Below are positions 39,235-48,721 of a stretch of 51,810 nucleotides of DNA, one piece after another. The position numbers were made by a program, and so were the translations under genes. Position 1 is the first letter of the stretch, and every line of letters starts with the position of its first letter. Source of the DNA: an uncultured Winogradskyella sp. (lineage in GTDB: Bacteria; Bacteroidota; Bacteroidia; Flavobacteriales; Flavobacteriaceae). The DNA lies in the NCBI RefSeq assembly GCF_905480385.1, contig NZ_CAJQQC010000136.1; one strand, 5' to 3'. The notes beneath the pieces are model-generated. The model was not told the origin of the DNA, made no database searches, and worked only from the letters and a program-made list of their open reading frames with translations.

Positions 39235-39308
39235 TGGACCATATCAGGATCGAACCATTTACATATAGGCTGCAAGTTTAGCGCTCAAGTCAACTGAGCT
39301 AATGTTTT
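39235..39308 (-). pseudogene. Decayed tRNA-Ala (pseudo-tRNA)
   Basis: Minus strand AAAACAT TA GCTC AGTTGACTT GAGC G CTAAA CTTGCAG CCTAT ATGTA AATGG TTCGATC CTGAT ATGGTCC A: exact cloverleaf spacing, intact D-stem and T-loop, broken acceptor and anticodon stems. Confidence 0.85.
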
Positions 39309-39313
39309 CTAAA

Positions 39314-40114
39314 TTATTTTTTTAATCCACTTAAAACCAGTACGGGAATCGAAGTGCTATGAAAATCTCTCTTTAAAATTGTATTGTCTTCCCATAGTTT
39401 TACAAAGAAACCTCTTTTTCGTCTAACAACGCATAACAAATCAGGATTATGGTTCTGGTAGTGCTCTAAAACACCTTGAAATGTAGTTTGCGATTTACTT
39501 TTTGTCGTATTTGTTATGAGTTTAGATAAATCTTCGCTGATGTCTAAATCACCCTCTTTATACTTAGGCGTTTCTACTAATAACAAATTCAATATAGACT
39601 TATATTGGTCTTTAATATCCGTAAGAGGTTTTAAAGCATTCTCTTTTTTGAATAAAACAGACTTAACCGCCATTAGTATTTTAACTATCGGCTTGTACTC
39701 ATAATTTTCAGGAACTATTAAAGCAGGAATTTGTGTTTGTTTAATTATTTTTCCTGATGTATTACCAAGATAAACCTCTTCTTTAATAGAGTTAGTTCTT
39801 GGCTCTAAAACGATTAAATCTACTCCTAAAGATTTACACGCAAATTCTATAGTATCTATAAGCTTTCCTTTAAAGACACGAGTAATAACCTCAACACCTT
39901 TTTTGTCTATAGAAGCTACATGCTCATCCAAAAAATTCTGACTCTCTCGCTCAAGTATATGATCTATCTTAATCATAGTTCCTGCTTTGGTGTAAACATT
40001 ATATATTTGAACAACGTAAACCTTTGCACCGAAAGCCTTTGCAAAATCAATAGCATACTGTAAATGGCTTTTTGCATTTTTTGAAGACCCAACTGGAACT
40101 AAAATATTTTTCAT
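39314..40114 (-). CDS. Universal stress protein (tandem Usp)
   Basis: MKNILVPV, DLIVL, LGNTSGKII...IPALIVP, IPVLVL; start reassigned to 40114. Confidence 0.88.
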   Translation of the reverse strand: MKNILVPVGSSKNAKSHLQYAIDFAKAFGAKVYVVQIYNVYTKAGTMIKIDHILERESQNFLDEHVASIDKKGVEVITRVFKGKLIDTIEFACKSLGVDLIVLEPRTNSIKEEVYLGNTSGKIIKQTQIPALIVPENYEYKPIVKILMAVKSVLFKKENALKPLTDIKDQYKSILNLLLVETPKYKEGDLDISEDLSKLITNTTKSKSQTTFQGVLEHYQNHNPDLLCVVRRKRGFFVKLWEDNTILKRDFHSTSIPVLVLSGLKK

Positions 40115-40149
40115 TATCATAGATTTAATCACAAAAGTAAACATTATTA

Positions 40150-40650
40150 ATGATTAGAAAAGGGAGACTACCGGATATTGAAGTTATTATGAAAATAACG
40201 CAATTATGTGCTAAACAAATGATTGCCAAAGGTATCTATCAATGGAATGAGCATTACCCAAATAAAAAAGCTTTTACAAATGACGTAAAACGAGATGAAC
40301 TCTATATTTTAGAATTTAACGGTCAAGTCATTGGCTCTGTAGTGTTATCTGATTTTATGAATGAAGAATATATTCCTATAAATTGGCTTAGCGAAAATGA
40401 TAAAAACCTATACGTTCACCGTTTGGCAATTGACCCAAGACATCAGGGAAAAGGCTATGCACAAAAACTAATGGACTTTGCCGAAGCGTTTGCCAAAGAC
40501 AATAACTATAGATCTATTCGATTAGATACCTTTTCACAGAACAAAAGAAACCAAAAGTTTTACGAACTTCGCGGTTATAAACAATTGGATGATATTTATT
40601 TTCCAAAACAAAGTGAATATCCTTTTCATTGCTACGAATTAGTCCTTTGA
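40150..40650 (+). CDS. GNAT family N-acetyltransferase
   Basis: QWNEHYP, HRLAIDP.HQGKGYA, IRLDT, N..FYE..GY. Confidence 0.9.
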   Translation: MIRKGRLPDIEVIMKITQLCAKQMIAKGIYQWNEHYPNKKAFTNDVKRDELYILEFNGQVIGSVVLSDFMNEEYIPINWLSENDKNLYVHRLAIDPRHQGKGYAQKLMDFAEAFAKDNNYRSIRLDTFSQNKRNQKFYELRGYKQLDDIYFPKQSEYPFHCYELVL

Positions 40651-41981
40651 GTACAAAAATTACATTAAAACAAATCAATAAGCTTGCTATTCCGGCAATA
40701 ATTTCAGGTGTTTCAGAACCGATTTTATCATTGACTGACGCTGCAATAATTGGCAATATGTCTTTAAATGCAACTGAGTCATTAGCTGCTGTGGGTATTG
40801 TCTCTACATTTTTATCTATGCTTATATGGGTTTTAGGACAAACCCGAAGTGCCATATCATCAATAGTGTCGCAATATTTAGGAGCTAGTAATGTCGACGC
40901 TGTTAAAAATTTACCTGCGCAAGCTATATTCTTAATTACGTTTTTAAGTTTAATAATTATTGCCTGTACCTATCCTTTTGCGTCACAAATATTTAAACTC
41001 TATAATGCTTCAAATCTTATTTTGGATTACAGTGTAGATTATTATCAAATACGTGTTTGGGGATTTCCGTTTACACTTTTTACAATTGCAGTTTTTGGAA
41101 CTTTTAGAGGACTACAAAACACATATCACCCGATGCTAATTGCTATTGCGGGAGCTGTTTCAAATATTGTATTTGATTTTATTTTGGTGTATGGTATAGC
41201 AAATATAATTCCTGCTATGCATATTAAAGGTGCAGCTTATGCAAGTGTTATTGCCCAAATGCTAATGGCAGGCTTATCGGCATTTTACATGCTAAAAAAG
41301 ACAGATATTCCACTTTTGGTTAGTTTTCCTTTTAATCCAGAAATCAAAAGGTTTGCACTAATGATTTTAAATCTATTCATTAGAACAATTGCACTAAATG
41401 TAGCACTATATTTTGCAACAAGTTTTGCAACATCTTATGGGTCAAAGTACATTGCAGCCTACACTATAGCTATAAACTTATGGTTTTTAGGCGCCTTTTT
41501 AATTGATGGTTATGCTAGTGCTGGTAATATTCTATCAGGTAAGTTATTAGGAGCCAAAGATTACAAAAATCTTATTGATTTAAGTAATAAACTTATTAAA
41601 CACGGGATTGTTGTAGGTGTAATTGTCGCCTCTGTAGGTGCTATATTATATATTCCTATAGGTGAAATTTTTAGCAATGATATTGAGGTGTTAAACGCGT
41701 TTTATAATGTGTTTTGGATTGTTCTTCTTATGCAGCCCTTATGTGCTTTGGCTTTTATATTTGATGGCGTTTTTAAAGGTTTAGGGGAAATGAAATATCT
41801 TAGAAATCTTTTGCTGTTTTCTACATTGTTAGTTTTTATTCCAGTAATAAGTTATACGGACACTATTGGTTTAAAACTACATGGTATTTTTCTTGCCTTT
41901 ACACTTTGGATTATTGCGAGAGGTTTACCGCTAATTATAAAATTCCGCAAAACATTTAGACCGCTTGCACAAAACCCTTAA
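40647..41981 (+). CDS. MATE family efflux transporter (DinF-like)
   Basis: LAIPAI...EPILSLTD, multiple TM segments, GAAYAS, DGVFKGLG; TTG start overlapping GNAT stop. Confidence 0.9.
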   Translation: MSTKITLKQINKLAIPAIISGVSEPILSLTDAAIIGNMSLNATESLAAVGIVSTFLSMLIWVLGQTRSAISSIVSQYLGASNVDAVKNLPAQAIFLITFLSLIIIACTYPFASQIFKLYNASNLILDYSVDYYQIRVWGFPFTLFTIAVFGTFRGLQNTYHPMLIAIAGAVSNIVFDFILVYGIANIIPAMHIKGAAYASVIAQMLMAGLSAFYMLKKTDIPLLVSFPFNPEIKRFALMILNLFIRTIALNVALYFATSFATSYGSKYIAAYTIAINLWFLGAFLIDGYASAGNILSGKLLGAKDYKNLIDLSNKLIKHGIVVGVIVASVGAILYIPIGEIFSNDIEVLNAFYNVFWIVLLMQPLCALAFIFDGVFKGLGEMKYLRNLLLFSTLLVFIPVISYTDTIGLKLHGIFLAFTLWIIARGLPLIIKFRKTFRPLAQNP

Positions 41982-41986
41982 ATTTG
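41979..41986 (+). promoter_or_regulatory. -7 promoter element for smORF-smORF-queD-lpxH operon
   Basis: TAAATTTG overlapping the MATE stop codon, 21 nt before ATG 42008. Confidence 0.6.
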
Positions 41987-42007
41987 AGCCATATATTACA
42001 ACTGTAA

Positions 42008-42184
42008 ATGAATTTCTTAATTCTACTGTTACAAAACACAGGTATAGATCAAAAGCTTAAAGATGCTCCTGATAGTAGTTATGGGATTGGTGTTTTTATT
42101 GGTACTATTTTACCTTTTGTTATTTTGGTAATTATAGTCTATTTTATTTACAGAAACAGAAAGAAAAGATTTAAAGACGATTAA
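42008..42184 (+). CDS. Small single-pass membrane protein, 58 aa (absent from ORF track)
   Basis: MNFLILLLQNTGIDQKLKDAPDSSYGIGVFIGTILPFVILVIIVYFIYRNRKKRFKDD; TM helix with basic tail. Confidence 0.8.
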   Translation: MNFLILLLQNTGIDQKLKDAPDSSYGIGVFIGTILPFVILVIIVYFIYRNRKKRFKDD

Positions 42185-42286
42185 ATGGATATACTAAGTT
42201 TTTTTAGCGGAAATGGTTTGTTCCTTTTATTAGGATTGGTACTAGTCATTGTTTATTTTTTAAACAAAAGAAAAGGTCGTAAATAA
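42185..42286 (+). CDS. Small single-pass membrane protein, 33 aa (absent from ORF track)
   Basis: MDILSFFSGNGLFLLLGLVLVIVYFLNKRKGRK; starts immediately after the previous TAA and is TAATG-coupled to queD. Confidence 0.7.
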   Translation: MDILSFFSGNGLFLLLGLVLVIVYFLNKRKGRK

Positions 42287-42738
42287 TGAGTAAAATTAGA
42301 ATTACAAAACAGTTCTCTTTTGAAACAGGACATGCGCTATACGGGTATGATGGCAAGTGCAAAAATGTTCATGGCCATAGTTATAGACTTGATGTCACGG
42401 TAATAGGTAAGCCTATTGAAGACAACTCCAATGTAAAGTTTGGAATGGTCATCGATTTTGGTGATCTTAAAAAAATAGTGAAATCTGAAATTGTAGATGT
42501 TTTTGATCATGCTACCGTTTTTAACAAAAACACTCCACATTTAGAACTTGCAAAAGAATTACAAGAACGAGGACATAATGTAATTTTAGCTGATTATCAG
42601 CCCACCAGCGAAATGATGGTTATTGATTTTGCAAAAAAAATAAAGAAACATCTACCGTCTAACATTCACTTATATTCCTTAAAACTTCAAGAAACAGCCA
42701 CTAGCTTTGCCGAGTGGTTTGCCTCAGATAATGACTAA
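42286..42738 (+). CDS. queD: 6-carboxytetrahydropterin synthase
   Basis: FETGHAL, CKNVHGHSY, GMVIDF, FDHA, PTSE, LQET. Confidence 0.93.
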   Translation: MSKIRITKQFSFETGHALYGYDGKCKNVHGHSYRLDVTVIGKPIEDNSNVKFGMVIDFGDLKKIVKSEIVDVFDHATVFNKNTPHLELAKELQERGHNVILADYQPTSEMMVIDFAKKIKKHLPSNIHLYSLKLQETATSFAEWFASDND

Positions 42739-43516
42739 GCTTGATTACATAGAAATTCCTGAAGGCAAAAAAATATATTTTGCTTCAGATAACCATCTGG
42801 GTGCTCCAAATATGGAAGATTCTCGACTACGCGAACAAAAGTTTGTAGCTTGGTTAAACAAAGTAAAACAAGACGCTGCAGCTATATTTCTTTTAGGTGA
42901 TTTATTCGATTTTTGGTTTGAATATAGAACTGTAGTTCCAAAAGGATTTACACGCACATTAGGTAAACTTGCAGAAATTGCAGATTCTGGTATTCCTATA
43001 CATTATTTTGTTGGTAACCACGACTTATGGATGAATGGCTATTTTGAAGAAGAACTTGGCATTCCTGTTTATCACAAATCAAAAGAATTTAAACTAGGTG
43101 CTAAAGATTTTTTTATTGGTCATGGTGATGGCTTGGGCCCAGGTGATAAAGGTTACAAGCGTATGAAAAAAATCTTCTTAAGTCCTTTTTTTAAATGGCT
43201 TTTTCGTTGGGGACATCCTGATATTGGTATGCGTATCGCCCAATATTTCTCAGTAAAAAACAAACTCATCTCTGGTGATGATGATGCAACTTTTCTTGGA
43301 GAAGACAATGAGTGGTTAGCAATTTACAGCCGCAAGAAACTAGAAGATAAGCATCGTGATTATTTTGTGTTTGGACACAGGCACTTACCTTTAGAAATTA
43401 AACTTAATGAGAGGTCAAAATATATCAATCTTGGAGATTGGATACAGTATTTTACTTATGGTGAATTTGATGGTGAGAATTTTCGCTTGAAAACCTATGA
43501 TTCCAAACCTTCCTGA
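42731..43516 (+). CDS. lpxH: UDP-2,3-diacylglucosamine diphosphatase-like metallophosphoesterase
   Basis: SDNHLG, LGDLFDFW, GNHD, HGDG, FGHRH, LGDW; start reassigned to ATG 42731. Confidence 0.88.
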   Translation: MTKLDYIEIPEGKKIYFASDNHLGAPNMEDSRLREQKFVAWLNKVKQDAAAIFLLGDLFDFWFEYRTVVPKGFTRTLGKLAEIADSGIPIHYFVGNHDLWMNGYFEEELGIPVYHKSKEFKLGAKDFFIGHGDGLGPGDKGYKRMKKIFLSPFFKWLFRWGHPDIGMRIAQYFSVKNKLISGDDDATFLGEDNEWLAIYSRKKLEDKHRDYFVFGHRHLPLEIKLNERSKYINLGDWIQYFTYGEFDGENFRLKTYDSKPS

Positions 43517-44769
43517 TACTCTTCTGCATCATACGTCAAGTCTAAATTTTTTAGAAATTTATTTTTTAATCCCATAATAATTACTGTAAAAAGCGTAGCT
43601 GTTCCACCAAGAACAACAGCCAATGGGGCACCGAATAATTTTGCAGCGATCCCGCTTTCAAGCGCTCCTAATTCGTTTGATGAACCTACAAACATAGAGT
43701 TTACTGCACCAACACGACCACGCATATCATCTGGCGTTTTAAGTTGTAAAATAGTTTGTCGTATAACCATAGATACACCATCAAATACTCCTGCAAAAAA
43801 TAATGTAACAACACTTAACCAGAATAATTTAGATACCCCAAAAACAATCATACAAAGACCAAAGCCAAAAACAGCAACAAGTAACTTTTTGCCAGTATTT
43901 TTTGTGATGGGTAAATGTGTAGTTGCAAGCATAGTTATAATACTTCCCGAAGATAAAGCGGCGTTTAATATCCCAAAACCCTTTGGTCCTGCATCTAAAA
44001 CATCTTTGGCAAATACCGCAAAAATAGCTACCGCACCTCCGAATAATACAGCAACCATGTCTAGCGTCAATGCGCCTAAAATTACTTTATCTTTAAAAAC
44101 AAATGTGAGTCCTGCTTTTAAGCTCTCCTTTACGGTTTCTTGAGTTTTTTGATTTAAAATAGGTTTCCTTTTAATCAGAAAAACAAATATTAAAGCAAAA
44201 ACGACTAAAAAGAATACAATTCCAAGGGTATAATGCACATCAATCCAAGCTATTAAAAACCCTGCACACAATGCTCCAGTAACTGCAGCACCTTTCCAAG
44301 TACTGCTGCTCCAAGTTGCTGCGTTAGGATATACATGCTTTGGAACTATTAGTGCAATTAATGAGAAAATTATAGGCCCAAAAAAAGCACGTAGAATACC
44401 ACCAAAAAACACCAATCCATAGATGCCGATAAGAATACTTTGTGTTTCCCATGAAGATTCCACAGCCTCAGAAGTTAACCAAAACAATCCAAAACTAATT
44501 AGGGAAAACAATGCGATACATATAGCAAATAAGTTTCTTTTTTCCTTACGGTCGACGATATGTCCTGCAAATGGTGCCATAAAAAATGCAGGAATAAATT
44601 CACAGGCACCAATAAGCCCCAAGCTTAATTCGTTATTAGTTAATGCGTACACTTGCCATTCGATAACAACAAATTGCATAGACCAACCAAACACCAAAGC
44701 AAAGCGCACTAAAAGAAACGTGTTAAATTCTTTGAATCGTAATGCTAAATATGGATCGTTTTTTGCCAA
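43495..44769 (-). CDS. MFS transporter
   Basis: About 12 hydrophobic segments, GHIVDRKEKR, LDMVAVLFGG, TPDDMRGRV, NELGALESG. Confidence 0.9.
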   Translation of the reverse strand: MAKNDPYLALRFKEFNTFLLVRFALVFGWSMQFVVIEWQVYALTNNELSLGLIGACEFIPAFFMAPFAGHIVDRKEKRNLFAICIALFSLISFGLFWLTSEAVESSWETQSILIGIYGLVFFGGILRAFFGPIIFSLIALIVPKHVYPNAATWSSSTWKGAAVTGALCAGFLIAWIDVHYTLGIVFFLVVFALIFVFLIKRKPILNQKTQETVKESLKAGLTFVFKDKVILGALTLDMVAVLFGGAVAIFAVFAKDVLDAGPKGFGILNAALSSGSIITMLATTHLPITKNTGKKLLVAVFGFGLCMIVFGVSKLFWLSVVTLFFAGVFDGVSMVIRQTILQLKTPDDMRGRVGAVNSMFVGSSNELGALESGIAAKLFGAPLAVVLGGTATLFTVIIMGLKNKFLKNLDLTYDAEEYQEGLES

Positions 44770-44772
44770 ATG

Positions 44773-46464
44773 CTATGCTTTAATATCTTTTAACTTTAAT
44801 TGTAAACTGATATTACCATTCCAATGGTTTTTATCTATGGTATATACAACATTAAAAGATTTTTTGTCTTTTATAATGTCTAATTTATCACCTAACCCAA
44901 AGCCAATACATACTAATTTTTCATTTGCTTTTTGTGTGGCAGTGAATCTTAAGTGTTTATCATCTTCACCAACACATTTTCCCCAACCTGTATCTTTGAT
45001 GGCTTGCGTCATAAAAACAGGTGTCATATTCCCTGGTCCAAATGGTGCAAACTGACTTAAAATTCTATAAAGTCTATGATCAATTTCATTAAGATTGATT
45101 TCAGAATCTATTTTTAATTCTGGGGTCAATAGTTTAGGGTCTATACTTTCTTTGACAACACTTTCAAACTTGGTTTTAAACGCTTCATAATTTTCCGGTA
45201 AAAGCGTTAATCCAGCTGCATATTTGTGCCCTCCAAATTGTTCGATAAATTCTGAACAAGCCTCCAAAGCATTATAGACATCGAAGCCTTTTACTGATCT
45301 AGCCGATGCTGCTAATTTATTTCCACTTTTTGTAAACACTAATGTTGGTCGATAGTAAGTTTCAATTAAACGAGAGGCGACAATCCCAATCACGCCTTTA
45401 TGCCAATTCTCATCATAAACAACCGTAGAGAATCTTTCTTGCTCGCTATTTTCTTCAATTTGAACTAAGGCTTCTTTTGTAATACGTTTATCCGTCTCTC
45501 TTCTATCAGTATTGTATTGGTCTATATCTAATGCGTGTTCCGCTGCTAAATTAAAATCGGTTTCTGTGAGTAAAGTCACGGCATGATTACCGTGTTTCAT
45601 TCTGCCTGCAGCATTGATTCTTGGAGCTATTATAAAAACGACGTCTGTAATTGTTAACTCATCTTTTTTAACCTCAGCTATCATAGCCTTCATACCAGGT
45701 CTTGGATTGGAGTTGATTACCTGTAAACCAAAATATGTCAATGCTCTATTTTCATCCACAATAGGTACGATATCGGCACCTATTGCTGTTGCTACTAAAT
45801 CTAAATACTCAACTAAATCTTCAGGTGTTTTTTCATCTTTTTCTGCTAAAGCACATATCAATTTAAAACCAACACCACAACCACAAAGTTCTTTAAACGG
45901 ATACGCACAATCGTCTCGTTTTGGGTCTAATACGGCAACGGCTTCAGGTATTTTATCTCCTGGTCTGTGGTGATCGCAAATAATAAAATCGATACTTTTT
46001 CCTTTGGCATAAGCCACTTTTTCAATGGCTTTTACACCACAGTCTAAAGCAATAATTAACGAAAAACCATTGTCTTCAGCAAAGTCAATACCTTTATAAG
46101 AAACACCATAACCTTCGACATAACGGTCCGGAATATATGTTGCTACATTTTCAGTTTTTGTTTTTAAATAAGAAGACATTAAGGCCACAGAAGTTGTACC
46201 ATCAACATCGTAATCGCCATATACCAGAATATTTTCATTGTTTTCTATAGCGGCTTCAATACGCGATACTGCTTTGTCCATATCTTTCATTAAATATGGA
46301 TTATGCAAATCGTTAAAACTTGGCCTAAAAAATGTCTTAGCTGCTTCATAAGTGTCAATTCCACGCTGCAATAATAATGTCGCTACAGTGTCATCAACTT
46401 GAAGTGCTTTTTTCATTATAGCCAGTTTAGTGGATTCAGGTTTTGGTTTTATAGTCCAACGCAT
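44773..46464 (-). CDS. recJ: Single-stranded-DNA-specific exonuclease RecJ
   Basis: YGDYDVDG, DCG, DHH, APRINAAGR, SARS, GGHKYAAG, PFGPGN. Confidence 0.97.
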   Translation of the reverse strand: MRWTIKPKPESTKLAIMKKALQVDDTVATLLLQRGIDTYEAAKTFFRPSFNDLHNPYLMKDMDKAVSRIEAAIENNENILVYGDYDVDGTTSVALMSSYLKTKTENVATYIPDRYVEGYGVSYKGIDFAEDNGFSLIIALDCGVKAIEKVAYAKGKSIDFIICDHHRPGDKIPEAVAVLDPKRDDCAYPFKELCGCGVGFKLICALAEKDEKTPEDLVEYLDLVATAIGADIVPIVDENRALTYFGLQVINSNPRPGMKAMIAEVKKDELTITDVVFIIAPRINAAGRMKHGNHAVTLLTETDFNLAAEHALDIDQYNTDRRETDKRITKEALVQIEENSEQERFSTVVYDENWHKGVIGIVASRLIETYYRPTLVFTKSGNKLAASARSVKGFDVYNALEACSEFIEQFGGHKYAAGLTLLPENYEAFKTKFESVVKESIDPKLLTPELKIDSEINLNEIDHRLYRILSQFAPFGPGNMTPVFMTQAIKDTGWGKCVGEDDKHLRFTATQKANEKLVCIGFGLGDKLDIIKDKKSFNVVYTIDKNHWNGNISLQLKLKDIKA

Positions 46465-46492
46465 AAAAAAGCAAACGATTTTTTAAAGGGAT

Positions 46493-46930
46493 TTATGTGT
46501 TTCGTTTTGTAGCTATGTGGTAAAATATATTAGTCTTTACTTCCGCAAAACGTCTAAACATTTCCATGACACCGCAATACTTCTCAATCGATAAATCTAC
46601 AGCGCGTTCACACTTCTTTTTATTAATATCTGATCCATAAAAATGATAATCTACAATAACCGAATGGTAGTATCTTGGATGCTCATCGGTTAGTTCTCCG
46701 GAGACTTCAATTTTAAAATCATCTATTTCTTCTTTCATTTTATCTAAAGTAGAAATCACATCCAAGGCAGAACATCCTGCTAAAGAGGACAACATCATTG
46801 CTTTTGGTGATAGCCCAAAACGTTCGTCTTGGCCCTCAATGTCTGTGTCCATTTTAACGAGTTTACCACTTGGATTATCTGATTCAAAAGTTAATCCGCC
46901 TTGCCAATGTGTTGTGATTTTATCAGCCAT
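46493..46930 (-). CDS. OsmC family protein
   Basis: SP..M.L.SLAGCS...KYCGV two-Cys pattern. Confidence 0.88.
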   Translation of the reverse strand: MADKITTHWQGGLTFESDNPSGKLVKMDTDIEGQDERFGLSPKAMMLSSLAGCSALDVISTLDKMKEEIDDFKIEVSGELTDEHPRYYHSVIVDYHFYGSDINKKKCERAVDLSIEKYCGVMEMFRRFAEVKTNIFYHIATKRNT

Positions 46931-47000
46931 TTTCTTTTAGTTTTTTTATTAGAGAACTGTTATCTTGTACATTCAAAAATACGACTTAAAAAAAACAAAT

Positions 47001-47603
47001 ATGGCATTAGTAACTCCGTTGTCTCCAGAGCACGATTTAGAAACCAAAGAACTGGCAGAATTCTTTAACGAAACTCTTGGTTTTTGTCCAAACTCTGTGC
47101 TTACGATGCAGCGCAGGCCAGCCATTAGCAAAGCCTTTATAAACTTGAATAAGGCTGTTATGGCTAATGAAGGTCGCGTAAACTCAGCACTAAAACGAAT
47201 GATTGCTTGGGTAAGTAGCAACTCTACCGGTTGTCGTTATTGCCAAGCTCATGCTATTAGAGCTGCAGAACGTTACGGTGCTGAACAAGAACAATTAGAT
47301 AACATTTGGGAGTATAGAACTCATCCTGCGTTTTCTGAGGCCGAACGTGCTGCATTAGACTTTTCTTTACAAGCGTCTATGGTACCAAATGCAGTTGATG
47401 CTAAAATTAAAGAGCGTTTATACAAACATTGGGATGAAGGTGAAATCGTAGAAATGCTAGGTGTTATTTCTTTATTTGGCTACTTAAACCGTTGGAACGA
47501 TAGTATGGGAACAAATATCGAAGAAGGCGCTGTTGAAAGTGGAAACCAATACTTAGGCAAGTATGGTTTTGAGGTTGGAAAGCATGATGGAGGTAGTTAT
47601 TAG
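47001..47603 (+). CDS. Carboxymuconolactone decarboxylase/AhpD-like protein
   Basis: GCRYCQAH (CxxC..H), ERAALDF, GEIVE...NRWND; start reassigned to 47001. Confidence 0.88.
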   Translation: MALVTPLSPEHDLETKELAEFFNETLGFCPNSVLTMQRRPAISKAFINLNKAVMANEGRVNSALKRMIAWVSSNSTGCRYCQAHAIRAAERYGAEQEQLDNIWEYRTHPAFSEAERAALDFSLQASMVPNAVDAKIKERLYKHWDEGEIVEMLGVISLFGYLNRWNDSMGTNIEEGAVESGNQYLGKYGFEVGKHDGGSY

Positions 47604-47686
47604 ATTAAACTTTTCCATAATAATATGTTGAGATTTTATTATTTCAAGTATTATTCAAGCTCAAGTATGGATAGACTTTAAAAAAA

Positions 47687-48358
47687 TTACTTGTTCCCAC
47701 CAACAACAATTACTATTTCCCCTTTTACTGGTTTATTTGTGTAATGTTCAAGGACTTCTTTTACTGTTCCTCTAATGGTTTCTTCAAACAATTTAGTGAG
47801 TTCTCGAGATACTGACACTAGTCTGTCTTCACCAAAATATTCACAAAAATGTCCTAAAGTCTTGATGAGTTTATGAGGGCTTTCGTAAAAAATCATCGTT
47901 CTAGTTTCTTCAGCAAGTAAGAACAATCGTGTTTGACGCCCTTTTTTTACAGGTAAAAAGCCTTCGAATACAAATTTATCGTTTGGTAAGCCACTATTAA
48001 CCAAAGCTGGCACAAATGCTGTAGCGCCGGGCAAACACTCTACTTCTATGTTATTTTCAAGACAAGCGCGAGTCAATAAAAATCCCGGATCAGAAATAGC
48101 TGGTGTACCTGCATCACTAATCACAGCAATAGATAATCCTGACTTTAATTTTTCGACCAAGTGTGTTACCGTTTTATGCTCATTATGCATATGGTGGCTT
48201 TGCATTTGCGTCGTAATTTCAAAATGCTTTAAAAGTTTCCCAGAAGTGCGTGTGTCTTCGGCTAAAATTAAATCAACATCATTAAGTACCTCAACTGCTC
48301 TAAAGGTCATATCCTTCAGATTGCCTATTGGTGTTGGTACGAGGTAGAGTTTACTCAT
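47687..48358 (-). CDS. rsmI: 16S rRNA (cytidine1402-2'-O)-methyltransferase
   Basis: LYLVPTPIGNL, AEDTR, SDAGTPAISDPG, FYESPH, RELTK. Confidence 0.97.
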   Translation of the reverse strand: MSKLYLVPTPIGNLKDMTFRAVEVLNDVDLILAEDTRTSGKLLKHFEITTQMQSHHMHNEHKTVTHLVEKLKSGLSIAVISDAGTPAISDPGFLLTRACLENNIEVECLPGATAFVPALVNSGLPNDKFVFEGFLPVKKGRQTRLFLLAEETRTMIFYESPHKLIKTLGHFCEYFGEDRLVSVSRELTKLFEETIRGTVKEVLEHYTNKPVKGEIVIVVGGNK

Positions 48359-48361
48359 TAT

Positions 48362-48718
48362 TTAATCTCTGATATATTTACCTAAAAAATACGATGGAAA
48401 AATTGCGGTTAGCCCCAATAGGGCAAACGTTTCTTGACCGTCATTGACTTGATAGTGGGCAATGTAGGCTAAGATCAAATCAAAAAAGAAACCAGCGTAT
48501 GCCCATTCAGTAAGCCATTGGCTTTTTCTCCATAAAATCATAATGACACCTAGCACTTTTAAAACTGCAAGTGGAATGACGAAATATGTTGGATAATTAA
48601 AGCTCTCAAAAAAACCTTTTACCATCTCCGTATTTCTGAAATACATTTGGGCAGAAAACAACATAATCCCAAAAAGTACAGCCGTTGCTAGCCAATAAAT
48701 GACTTTTTTAGTTGACAT
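48362..48718 (-). CDS. DoxX-like membrane protein
   Basis: Four TM helices, YPTY, EWAYAG. Confidence 0.85.
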   Translation of the reverse strand: MSTKKVIYWLATAVLFGIMLFSAQMYFRNTEMVKGFFESFNYPTYFVIPLAVLKVLGVIMILWRKSQWLTEWAYAGFFFDLILAYIAHYQVNDGQETFALLGLTAIFPSYFLGKYIRD

Positions 48719-48721
48719 ACT

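Noticed and set aside
39235-39308. Functional tRNA-Ala(TGC)
   Set aside because: First two acceptor pairs, G3 and three anticodon-stem pairs are broken and the D-loop GG is lost; reported as a pseudogene
47640-47670. Three TCAAG pentamers between the AhpD-like gene and rsmI
   Set aside because: Short and irregularly spaced; compatible with chance in AT-rich DNA
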